This document shows, piece by piece, positions 9,265-16,212 of a stretch of DNA of 27,055 nt. The translations under genes were made by a program, and so were the position numbers. The notes beneath the pieces were generated by a model that saw only the letters and a list, made by a program, of their open reading frames with translations, had not been told where the DNA came from and searched no databases. How positions within the stretch are numbered: position 1 is the first letter of the stretch; every line of letters begins with the position of its first letter. The DNA comes from a virus (Duplodnaviria; Caudoviricetes), in the IMG/VR virus record IMGVR_UViG_3300020042_003596, positions 1 through 27,055 of that record. One strand, given 5' to 3'.

Positions 9265-9834
9265 ATTGACCCCATCACGGCATTTGCACTCTGCAAAAGT
9301 GCCTATGAAGGCATCAAGGGTTGCGTTGCCGTTTACCAAGACTTAAAAAAAACTGGCAATGACCTGACTAAGATCACCAGCGAGGTTGGTGGTGCACTGT
9401 CAAACTTTTTTAAGGGTCAAGCAGAACTTGAATCAAGTCATGAAAAAGCAGAGTTTCAGCGAGAGGAAAACAAACGCAAAGGAATCAAAGACGATCTTGC
9501 CACACAAGCCATAGACAATGTGATGTTTCTCAGGCAGACAAAGCAGTTTTATGCCGACCTTGAGAAAATGGTGCGCTGGGAGATGGGGCAACCTGATCTC
9601 TGGCGTGAAATTGTTGAAGAGTATCAAAAGCTGTTGGACCAGAAATCAGAGCAAGCGGCTCTGGAACTGCATCAAAAGCGGGTGAAAGCATGGCGGCGAC
9701 AAAGGTTAAAAAATCAGATACTGGACAGGGTGCTGGAAACGGTGGCGGTGGTTTTCGTGGTCGCTTACCTGATATGCCTAATGTGGATAATCAATCTGAA
9801 TCATCTGGGTCGTTTGGATACCTTCTGGTCTTAG
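9265..9834 (+). CDS. Lysis-region coiled-coil protein with C-terminal TM; non-canonical ATT start
   Basis: Frame is open from ATT 9265 (IDPITAFALCKSAYEGIKG...) for 85 codons before the first GTG/ATG at 9520. GGGG lies 6 nt upstream. Confidence 0.7.
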   Translation: MDPITAFALCKSAYEGIKGCVAVYQDLKKTGNDLTKITSEVGGALSNFFKGQAELESSHEKAEFQREENKRKGIKDDLATQAIDNVMFLRQTKQFYADLEKMVRWEMGQPDLWREIVEEYQKLLDQKSEQAALELHQKRVKAWRRQRLKNQILDRVLETVAVVFVVAYLICLMWIINLNHLGRLDTFWS

Positions 9835-9986
9835 TCCTGTTTGCACTTGTTTTTGTGTTGGTGTTGCCCCTTGTTGGCATGATGTATATGGACACGATGG
9901 TTGTAAGGCGAGAGGCCAAGGCCCAAATGGAAAAAGTGGAAAAACTGCGAAAGCAGATTGAAGACGAAAGGAAAAAAGATGATTGA
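9690..9986 (+). CDS. Membrane-anchored coiled-coil protein overlapping the previous gene (possible spanin-like)
   Basis: TM segment YLLVLVLFALVFVLVLPLVGMM then a charged coiled coil. Start uncertain. Confidence 0.55.
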   Translation: MAATKVKKSDTGQGAGNGGGGFRGRLPDMPNVDNQSESSGSFGYLLVLVLFALVFVLVLPLVGMMYMDTMVVRREAKAQMEKVEKLRKQIEDERKKDD

Positions 9987-10434
9987 TCTTGCCAAAACTA
10001 TGGGGGCGGTTGCCGCTAGTATTGCCGCACTAGGTGGGAGTTACACACTTGCCGATAAATTTGGTTGGTTCGACCGTGCAATCATTGAATGGTCGCCTGA
10101 GAATTTCAAGATCGTGGCAGAGACTGGACAGCCCATCAATGTCACTGTTGCGCGGATTAAAAAGCGGGATGATTGCTCTGTTGAAAGTTTTACGCCAAGC
10201 ATTCGGGACGCAAATGGCATGGTGCATGAGGCGACCACCACTGCCAGTAGGTTTAGCGGCCCAGCAGGGCCACAGATTGATACCTTTACCTATCAACTCA
10301 CGATGTCAAATAAAGAAAATATTGCCAACGGTAAAGCCACTTTGCTGGCAACCATCAAATACAGATGCCCTGAGGGGGAGCGTGTTGTGCAATACCCCCG
10401 TCACGAAAATTTAAGTTTTGAACTGAAAGGTTAA
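9979..10434 (+). CDS. N-terminally anchored secreted/periplasmic protein of the lysis cassette
   Basis: ATG at 9979; weakly hydrophobic Ala/Gly-rich N-terminal segment, then a beta-rich domain with two Cys. Confidence 0.65.
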   Translation: MIDLAKTMGAVAASIAALGGSYTLADKFGWFDRAIIEWSPENFKIVAETGQPINVTVARIKKRDDCSVESFTPSIRDANGMVHEATTTASRFSGPAGPQIDTFTYQLTMSNKENIANGKATLLATIKYRCPEGERVVQYPRHENLSFELKG

Positions 10435-10437
10435 ATA

Positions 10438-10929
10438 ATGGACTGGCTTAGACAAATTGCACCAACTATCGCAACGGCAATGGGTGGCCCTTTGGCTGGC
10501 ATGGCGGTATCTGCTATTAGCAAAGCTATTGGCGTTGACCCAGACAAAGTTGGCGAATTAATCTCCAACAACAAGTTATCTGCCGAGCAGATTGCACAGG
10601 TCAAGATTGCCGAGATTGAATTGCAAAAGCAAGCGCAGGAACTGGGTCTTAACTTTGAGAAACTCGAGGTTGAAGATCGCAAGTCGGCTAGAGAGATGCA
10701 AGCTACCACCCGCAGTTTGATGCCCCCACTGTTGGCTGGCGCAGTAACCGTGGGATTCTTCGGCATCATGGTGATGATGTTCTTTAACCAGATTGACAGT
10801 AGCAATCCTGCCATCTTGATGATGTTGGGAAGTTTGGGCACTGCATGGACAGGTATCATTGCATATTACTTTGGAAGTTCTGCTGGCTCACAAGCCAAGA
10901 CTGATATTCTTTCAAGGGCAACAAAATGA
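10438..10929 (+). CDS. Holin (3TM / GTA-holin-like)
   Basis: IAPTIATAMGGPLAG, DRKSAREMQ, two C-terminal TMs and YYFGSSAGS; directly upstream of the endolysin. Confidence 0.85.
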   Translation: MDWLRQIAPTIATAMGGPLAGMAVSAISKAIGVDPDKVGELISNNKLSAEQIAQVKIAEIELQKQAQELGLNFEKLEVEDRKSAREMQATTRSLMPPLLAGAVTVGFFGIMVMMFFNQIDSSNPAILMMLGSLGTAWTGIIAYYFGSSAGSQAKTDILSRATK

Positions 10930-11366
10930 ACCTTTCACCTCATTTCACCTTGGATGAACTTACGCACACAGACCACCGCACCTTGGATAACACACCAAAT
11001 GAAACCGAACTTGCAAACCTTCAAAGACTGGCTGAATTCCTTGAAACAGTCAAAACTGTACTTGGCGGCAAGCCGATTATGGTTAACTCTGCGTTCCGCA
11101 GTAAAGCGGTGAACGATGCGGTAGGGTCTAAAGACACAAGCCAGCACCGCATTGGGTGTGCCGCCGATATTCGTGTGCCAGGGATAACTCCTGATGAAGT
11201 GGTCAAGGCCATCATTGCCTCTGGGATTGGCTACGATCAAGTTATCCGAGAGTTTGACCGCTGGACACACATATCCATCCCCAATGCTGGCGCACCCCGC
11301 AAACAGGCTTTAATCATTGATAAAGCAGGGACACGGGTTTATTCCTCCATCCATAGCAGTATCTGA
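10926..11366 (+). CDS. Endolysin, peptidase M15A family
   Basis: LSPHFTLDE, SAFRS..VN.AVG, SQH..G.AADI and WTHIS zinc-peptidase motifs. Confidence 0.9.
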   Translation: MNLSPHFTLDELTHTDHRTLDNTPNETELANLQRLAEFLETVKTVLGGKPIMVNSAFRSKAVNDAVGSKDTSQHRIGCAADIRVPGITPDEVVKAIIASGIGYDQVIREFDRWTHISIPNAGAPRKQALIIDKAGTRVYSSIHSSI

Positions 11367-11434
11367 ACGAATACCCAGGCGACTGCCACTACAACGGCAG
11401 CGCCCAGGCACAAGACCAAAAACAAACCCATCAT
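11339..11434 (-). CDS. 31-aa single-TM peptide
   Basis: MMGLFLVLCLGAAVVVAVAWVFVQILLWMEE. AAGGA RBS and ATGA coupling to the 11431-11640 gene; similar TM peptide at 26884-26988. Confidence 0.55.
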   Translation of the reverse strand: MMGLFLVLCLGAAVVVAVAWVFVQILLWMEE

Positions 11435-11640
11435 GTGTTTTCCTTTGGTGGTGTGCAAGTGTGAATGTGGGTCAAGTCTTTGGTGCGCTTGCCGCAGCGG
11501 GGGCAGAAGTTCTGCTCTGTGCGCTGTGCCAATCGTTCTTTGAGTGCGGCAATGGCTTCGGTATGTGTGATTACCGAATCTTCGTGTGGCTTACTCCACT
11601 CCAACGCCTCCAGCGCCAGCTTCATTGCTTCAATAGTCAT
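11431..11640 (-). CDS. Small phage early protein with CPRC..H..C zinc-ribbon-like motif
   Basis: MTIEAMKLALEALE...FCPRCGKR...HIHTC; coupled to neighbouring genes by ATGA overlaps. Confidence 0.7.
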   Translation of the reverse strand: MTIEAMKLALEALEWSKPHEDSVITHTEAIAALKERLAQRTEQNFCPRCGKRTKDLTHIHTCTPPKENT

Positions 11641-11876
11641 AGGTATTTCCCCATCTGATTCAGACTTGTTTTGTAAGTCTTCGCCATGACCTTCGCCTTT
11701 GAAAGCGTAGGTATTGTTTTGTCGTTTTCAACGTCAGACAAATACGACTTTGCACAACCGATTTTTTCTGACATCTTTTCCAATGACATATCGGTCTGAC
11801 ACAGCCGTAAACCGCGCAAGTATTCTCCAAGCGTTACCTTCTCCAGCGCCATTGCCATTGCTTCTTTGTCATTCAT
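11637..11876 (-). CDS. Cro/C1-type (XRE) HTH protein
   Basis: LGEYLRGLR...MSLEKMSEKIGCAKSYLSDVEND..IPTL is a typical XRE pattern. Confidence 0.8.
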   Translation of the reverse strand: MNDKEAMAMALEKVTLGEYLRGLRLCQTDMSLEKMSEKIGCAKSYLSDVENDKTIPTLSKAKVMAKTYKTSLNQMGKYL

Positions 11877-12121
11877 TTTTTCATTCCTCTCACAAAAGCC
11901 GCAAAAGATTGAACTGTGTCCCTGCCAAACGCCCCAGTAAACTGGTCTAGTTCCTTGGCAACTTCTTCAATCACATCGTTGCGGTGCAAGTGAGTAAACT
12001 CTGCTGGATGTGAGTAAACATCCATGTGAGCAATCTGTTTCTTGCGCCAACCACTTGTATGGCTCCATTGCCCTTGCTTCAAGGCCAACTCCTCGAAAGC
12101 CTCGTCTTCAGGTTCTTTCAT
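11873..12121 (-). CDS. Hypothetical phage protein (homolog of 25220-25441)
   Basis: MKEPEDEAFEELA...VIEEVA...AFG.D..QSF...R.MKK is shared with the other copy. Confidence 0.75.
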   Translation of the reverse strand: MKEPEDEAFEELALKQGQWSHTSGWRKKQIAHMDVYSHPAEFTHLHRNDVIEEVAKELDQFTGAFGRDTVQSFAAFVRGMKK

Positions 12122-12381
12122 ATTCCCACCTTGGCCTTGTAGCAGAGTTCCATCTCAAGTTGCTTGATTTGCTGACGCAAGATTTCATTCTCTTTCTTGA
12201 GTTCTTTGTCCCCCATCTTGCGTTCCATCTCAGCACCAGCCGCATAACCAGCCAAGACCCCAGAGGTGGCGGCTTGGCGGGTGTAGGTCTGGATGTCCAT
12301 CGAGGTCAGGATGCCAGCAAACCCCTTGGGGGTCAGCTTCCTGACAATCACTTCAATCTCATCTCTAAGAGCCTTGTTCAT
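12118..12381 (-). CDS. Hypothetical phage protein (homolog of 24960-25223)
   Basis: Nearly identical 87-aa protein in both arms. Confidence 0.8.
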   Translation of the reverse strand: MNKALRDEIEVIVRKLTPKGFAGILTSMDIQTYTRQAATSGVLAGYAAGAEMERKMGDKELKKENEILRQQIKQLEMELCYKAKVGI

Positions 12382-12541
12382 CTTTCACCTCCATCATCTT
12401 CTCTGCAATTGCGTAAGCGAGTTGGGCAATGTCACCTTCACTCTCAGTTTTGTACTGGTCTGACATGATCATTGCCGCCATTGCTTTGGCAGCAAAGTAG
12501 TCGAGAACTGTCAGGTTCTCCAAGTTGCCACCAGTTCTCAT
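12365..12541 (-). CDS. Small phage protein of the DYFAAKAM family (homolog of 24800-24976)
   Basis: MRTGGNLENLTVLDYFAAKAMAAMI...; ATGA overlap with the upstream gene. Confidence 0.75.
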   Translation of the reverse strand: MRTGGNLENLTVLDYFAAKAMAAMIMSDQYKTESEGDIAQLAYAIAEKMMEVKDEQGS

Positions 12542-12729
12542 ATCCATTCCAGGATGGTGAAGGCGACAAGGCAAATGGCTCCAATGGCGCAGACAATCAT
12601 CACAACCCCATCAGTGCTAATTGTTGGGGCGCACTTCTCAATGGGGCAAGCCCAATCACAACTGTTGGGGAAAGCCTCATTCAAGGTGCGGGGGTACATT
12701 CTAGTGGTTGGGTTGAAATCTTTGAGCAT
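12538..12729 (-). CDS. Small membrane protein (homolog of 24612-24803)
   Basis: MLKDFNPTTR.YPRTLNEAFP plus a C-terminal TM; conserved in both arms. Confidence 0.75.
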   Translation of the reverse strand: MLKDFNPTTRMYPRTLNEAFPNSCDWACPIEKCAPTISTDGVVMIVCAIGAICLVAFTILEWI

Positions 12730-12838
12730 TTTCGTTCTCCTGATCTTCTTCAGTTGGTGGTTGATCGTCTGGGTTGTAGTCTGATTGGCGGGTGAGGATT
12801 TGACCCCACCGCCATTCTTGGTAGTCTTCTGAGTACAT
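12701..12838 (-). CDS. 45-aa acidic protein (homolog of 24266-24406)
   Basis: MYSEDYQEWRWGQILTRQSDYNPDDQPP...; synonymous differences from the other copy. Not in the ORF track. Confidence 0.65.
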   Translation of the reverse strand: MYSEDYQEWRWGQILTRQSDYNPDDQPPTEEDQENENAQRFQPNH

Positions 12839-12846
12839 TAAGATTT

Positions 12847-13092
12847 TTAATCTGAGCAACGAGCGTAATCTTCACGGGTATCAGTACGCTCACAAGGAAT
12901 GTACAAATAATCAATGTCGCAAGAAACAATTTCCCCGTCAAATTTTCTGACCAAAACACAACTTTTAACAGATGTGTCTTTGCCGACTACAAAGCCAGTA
13001 AAACAGCGTGAGCCGTTTTTGTGATATTCAACATATTCTTCATCGAGGTTATCCCGCAGGTCAAATGCTTGCACTTCAGTTGTGTTGTTCAT
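12847..13092 (-). CDS. Hypothetical protein in the first slot after the leftward promoter (unique to the left arm)
   Basis: AGGAG RBS shared with the 24045 gene, but the coding sequence is unrelated. Confidence 0.7.
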   Translation of the reverse strand: MNNTTEVQAFDLRDNLDEEYVEYHKNGSRCFTGFVVGKDTSVKSCVLVRKFDGEIVSCDIDYLYIPCERTDTREDYARCSD

Positions 13093-13134
13093 CTCAAATT
13101 CTCCTATGAAGGGTTTGTGTTGCTGACAGATGTG

Positions 13135-13244
13135 ATCATACAGACATGGACTATATGGTCAACTACCTATCTATTTAATCCCCACAGTTTACTGGGTTAT
13201 TTAATCACTAGACATTTGACTACTTAGTCCATGTCTGCTAGGAT
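13135..13244. promoter_or_regulatory. Divergent sigma70 promoter pair sharing a 13-bp operator-like spacer sequence
   Basis: Rightward: TTGACT(13216)-17-TAGGAT(13239). Leftward: TTGACC(13162)-16-TATGAT(13140). Both spacers contain TAGTCCATGTCTG. Confidence 0.75.
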
Positions 13245-13252
13245 CGGCAATT

Positions 13253-13492
13253 ATGAACACACAAACCATGCAACAGATTGAAGATTTGAGACTCAAGGCA
13301 GAGGCGGCGGGTTACTCCCTGGCTGATGTCTCTCGCCATGCGGGTATTGACCCCTCTCAGGTATCTCGTTACGCAGTGGGAAAGACAATACCACTCCTGA
13401 CCACCATGAGGAAGCTAGAAGAGTCAGTGGATTCCCTGATCAAGACCCGCCTGGAGGCCATTCAAGGGGTTTCTGAGGGGGTGAATCCATGA
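13253..13492 (+). CDS. Cro/C1-type HTH transcriptional regulator (probably leaderless)
   Basis: YSLADVSRHAGIDPSQVSRYAVGKTIPLL. No SD; ATG lies 8 nt after the -10 box. Confidence 0.85.
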   Translation: MNTQTMQQIEDLRLKAEAAGYSLADVSRHAGIDPSQVSRYAVGKTIPLLTTMRKLEESVDSLIKTRLEAIQGVSEGVNP

Positions 13493-13965
13493 CCCGCATC
13501 ATTGGCATTGACCCAGGGCTAAATGGCGCAATTGCTGTTCTTTCTGATGACTCACTCCAGATTCACGATATGCCAGTGATGACTGTGGAGCGTAACGGCA
13601 AAGCCAAGCGACAAGTTAGTGCAAATGAGTTGGCTGAAATGTTGCACCTGTACTCAGGGAAAAACTATCATGTCTGCGTGGAAAAGGTCAGTGCAATGGC
13701 AGGGCAGGGGGTGACAAGTGTCTTTAGCTTTGGGCGCAGTTTTGGGATGATCGAGGGGGTTTTGGCAGCGCTCAAGATGCCCGTCACCTTTGTGGCCCCT
13801 GCTACTTGGACAAAGGGTGTGGGGCGTAGCCCTGGCAAGGATGCAAGTCGGGCCAGAGCAATGGAGTTGTTTCCTGCCCATCAGTTGATGTTTAGTCGGG
13901 TCAAGGATGATGGCAGGGCAGATGCGGCACTGATTGCTTACTGGGGGCAGAAGAATTATGGCTAA
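13489..13965 (+). CDS. RuvC-like Holliday junction resolvase
   Basis: Catalytic pattern IIGIDPG, VCVEKV, FSFGRSFG, DGRADAALIA. Confidence 0.88.
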   Translation: MTRIIGIDPGLNGAIAVLSDDSLQIHDMPVMTVERNGKAKRQVSANELAEMLHLYSGKNYHVCVEKVSAMAGQGVTSVFSFGRSFGMIEGVLAALKMPVTFVAPATWTKGVGRSPGKDASRARAMELFPAHQLMFSRVKDDGRADAALIAYWGQKNYG

Positions 13966-14788
13966 TCCATTCCTAATCACTGAGCCAACTTGCATCAGTT
14001 TTTCAGGTGGGCGCACATCGGCTTATATGCTTTGGCGCGTCTTGCAGTCAAATGGCGGCACATTGCCAGCAGAGGCCATCGTATGCTTTGCTAACACTGC
14101 CAAAGAAGATGAGGCTACTTTGAGATTTATCCAAGCCTGTTCTGATAACTGGAATGTTGAGATTCACTGGGTTGAATATCGAGATGGTGACCCAGCTTTT
14201 GCGCGGGTTGACTTTCAAACCGCAAGCAGGAATGGTGAGCCTTTTGAGGCACTGATTCGCAAGCGTCAATATCTGCCAAATCCAGTGACAAGATTTTGTA
14301 CATCAGAGCTGAAGATCAGAACCATCCACAAATATCTGAGGTCTATCGGATGGGATGATCACAATGAAACAATGGATTGGATTGGGATGAGGGCTGACGA
14401 GCAAAGACGAGCCGCCAAGATTGCAGACAAATCTAGGATTCCATTGGTAACTGCTGGCGTTACCAAAGAAACTGTTGGTGATTTTTGGCGTAATCAATCT
14501 TTTGATCTTGAGTTGCCAAACAACAATGGTGTGACCATGCACGGCAATTGCGATCTATGCTTTTTAAAAGGTGGGGCACAAGTGCTATCACTAATTGCAG
14601 AAAAGCCAGAGCGTGGTATATGGTGGGCCAAAATGGAGGCATTGGCATTGGCATTGGCATCCAAGCCAAGCGGTGCGGTGTTTCGTTCCGATCGCCCATC
14701 CTATGCGTCAATGATTAAATTCGCATCAGAACAGATTGATATGTTTGACCCAAATGAAGAAGCAATTGCTTGTTTCTGTGGAGACTGA
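13958..14788 (+). CDS. PAPS-reductase-family (PP-loop) protein, unique to the left arm
   Basis: ISFSGGRTS, FANTAKE, RFCTSELK, IGMRADE, GNCDLCFLK and C-terminal CFCGD. ATG at 13958. Confidence 0.85.
   Translation: MANPFLITEPTCISFSGGRTSAYMLWRVLQSNGGTLPAEAIVCFANTAKEDEATLRFIQACSDNWNVEIHWVEYRDGDPAFARVDFQTASRNGEPFEALIRKRQYLPNPVTRFCTSELKIRTIHKYLRSIGWDDHNETMDWIGMRADEQRRAAKIADKSRIPLVTAGVTKETVGDFWRNQSFDLELPNNNGVTMHGNCDLCFLKGGAQVLSLIAEKPERGIWWAKMEALALALASKPSGAVFRSDRPSYASMIKFASEQIDMFDPNEEAIACFCGD
14638..14660 (+). repeat. In-frame hexamer tandem repeat (GGCATT)x3.8 encoding ALALALA
   Basis: ggcattggcattggcattggcat read directly. Confidence 0.8.
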
Positions 14789-14789
14789 T

Positions 14790-15008
14790 ATGGATGACGT
14801 AGAACGCACTGCCATGCGTGACCACATTGTTTGGCTCACCCAACAACTTGAACTGGCAAGGTTCCAGAACAGGGAAAGAACCGCACTACTCAAGAGAATG
14901 CTTGATCCTGAAGACCTTGGATTTGCAGTCTCCAATGAGGTCAAGTCTCTTGTCTACCAACTCCTCATCTCAGACCTTGAAGCAGAAAGAAACGCATGGA
15001 ACAGATAA
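14790..15008 (+). CDS. Hypothetical phage protein (homolog of 22961-23179)
   Basis: MDDVERTAMRDHIVWL...; conserved in both arms. Confidence 0.75.
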   Translation: MDDVERTAMRDHIVWLTQQLELARFQNRERTALLKRMLDPEDLGFAVSNEVKSLVYQLLISDLEAERNAWNR

Positions 15009-16060
15009 AACTTAGACCTAGTGCCGCCTCTCGTTGGCTCATCTGCCCTGGAAGTGTTGCCTTGTCAGCATCGATGCCAACCCAAGAGTCTGGTGAGGCC
15101 GCAAAGATAGGCACTGCCATTCACTCTTTAGCTGAATCTTGCTGGCAACTCTCTCTGAACCCTTTGGAATTTGTTGGCTCAACAGTTGATGGCATCACTA
15201 TTACAACTGAGAATGCAGAGTTCGCACAGGCTCATCTTGATGAGATCAAACGCATTGAAGCTGAGATGGGTGGGAATGTGATGATCGAGCAGTACCTGAG
15301 TGCCTTTGATGAGCCTCACGCCAAGGTTGGTGGCACTGCTGATGTGGTGGGGTGGAATGCCAACAAACTCATCATTGCAGACCTCAAAACAGGTATGGGA
15401 TATGTGGATGCTGACTCTGACCAGATGAAGATTTACGCCATTGGCGCAATCAACAAGAGTAAGAAGATGTTTGACATTGTGGAGATGAGAATTGTGCAAC
15501 CCAGAGTTGGCCCTGTTCGCACCTTCACCATGTCAGGGCATGAATTAACAGAGTGGTATTTAAACACTCTAGGGCCAGCAGTTGATGCCATCGCCTCACC
15601 AAACCCACCCTACAACCCCTCACCTGATGCTTGCCAGTGGTGTCCAGGAAAGGCAGTGTGCCCAACACAGAAGACTTCATTCATTGAGGTCGCAGTGGCT
15701 CCCAACTTGCCAACTCTGTCTGATGAGGAGATCGGGGCAATGCTCACCAAGGTCGAGATTGCAGAGGGTTACATCAAGGCTTTGCGTGAGTATGCAGTTG
15801 CCAGGATCAAGGATGGGGCAGTCATCAAGGGCTGGCAGATGGTTCCCAAACGGGCAACTAGGACATGGGTCAATGAGGCTCATGCTGGATCAGTGTTGGG
15901 TGAGTTGTTGGCTTTCGATAAACTTTACCCCCAAGAACTGATCTCCCCCGCCGCTGCTGAGAAGTTGCTCAATAAAGAAGATAAGTACCTGATCACAGAC
16001 CTAACCGCAAAGGTGAGTTCTGGATTGACCCTTGGGCGTGCCGCTGGCATAGGTGAATGA
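14996..16060 (+). CDS. DUF2800-family PD-(D/E)XK (Cas4-like) nuclease
   Basis: PSAASRWLICPGS, GTAIH, GTADVV, ADLKTG, QMKIYAIGA, IVQPR, CQWCP...CP. Confidence 0.85.
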   Translation: MEQIKLRPSAASRWLICPGSVALSASMPTQESGEAAKIGTAIHSLAESCWQLSLNPLEFVGSTVDGITITTENAEFAQAHLDEIKRIEAEMGGNVMIEQYLSAFDEPHAKVGGTADVVGWNANKLIIADLKTGMGYVDADSDQMKIYAIGAINKSKKMFDIVEMRIVQPRVGPVRTFTMSGHELTEWYLNTLGPAVDAIASPNPPYNPSPDACQWCPGKAVCPTQKTSFIEVAVAPNLPTLSDEEIGAMLTKVEIAEGYIKALREYAVARIKDGAVIKGWQMVPKRATRTWVNEAHAGSVLGELLAFDKLYPQELISPAAAEKLLNKEDKYLITDLTAKVSSGLTLGRAAGIGE

Positions 16061-16106
16061 ATTGTTGCAAGTCGCAGCAATAAGGCGCACCAGTTGGTGC
16101 ATTTTT
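16061..16106 (+). terminator. Two hairpins followed by a U-tract (possible weak terminator or processing site)
   Basis: ATTGTTGC-aagtc-GCAGCAAT and GCACC-agtt-GGTGC-ATTTTT. The other copy (21863-21908) differs only in the second loop. Confidence 0.4.
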
Positions 16107-16129
16107 AAACTTTGAAAAAGGAAAATTCC

Positions 16130-16154
16130 ATGTTAAATCTCTCAAACTCTGGCG
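16130..16154 (+). pseudogene. First 8 codons of the SSB-like gene, truncated at the junction
   Basis: MLNLSNSG is identical to the start of the 21255-21839 gene; unrelated sequence follows. Confidence 0.85.
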
Positions 16155-16159
16155 ACCGA

Positions 16160-16176
16160 CCCACCCCCTCCCCCCC
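16160..16176 (-). other. G-tract GGGGGGGAGGGGGTGGG adjacent to the junction
   Basis: cccaccccctccccccc on the + strand. Confidence 0.6.
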
Positions 16177-16212
16177 TATCAAAGTGATAAACCTACGGGT
16201 TTCCACCTACTG

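Larger units (their letters stand above)
11873..16154. repeat. Left arm of a large diverged inverted duplication (partner 21815-25441)
   Basis: Same gene order and near-identical proteins on the opposite strand. Identity ends exactly at 16154, which pairs with 21815. Confidence 0.95.

Noticed and set aside
14996-16060. Cas4-like nuclease as evidence of CRISPR-Cas
   Set aside because: No repeat-spacer array or other cas genes. DUF2800 next to an SSB-like gene is a normal phage recombination module.
16128-16138. CCATGTTAAAT resembling a XerD arm near the junction
   Set aside because: There is no XerC arm 6 bp upstream, it is simply the Met-Leu-Asn start of the SSB-like gene, and the breakpoint is 16 bp away.
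16166-16173. KOPS-like GGGGAGGG on the minus strand near the Xer-like site
   Set aside because: It is a single copy, a by-product of the G-tract, and points away from the site.
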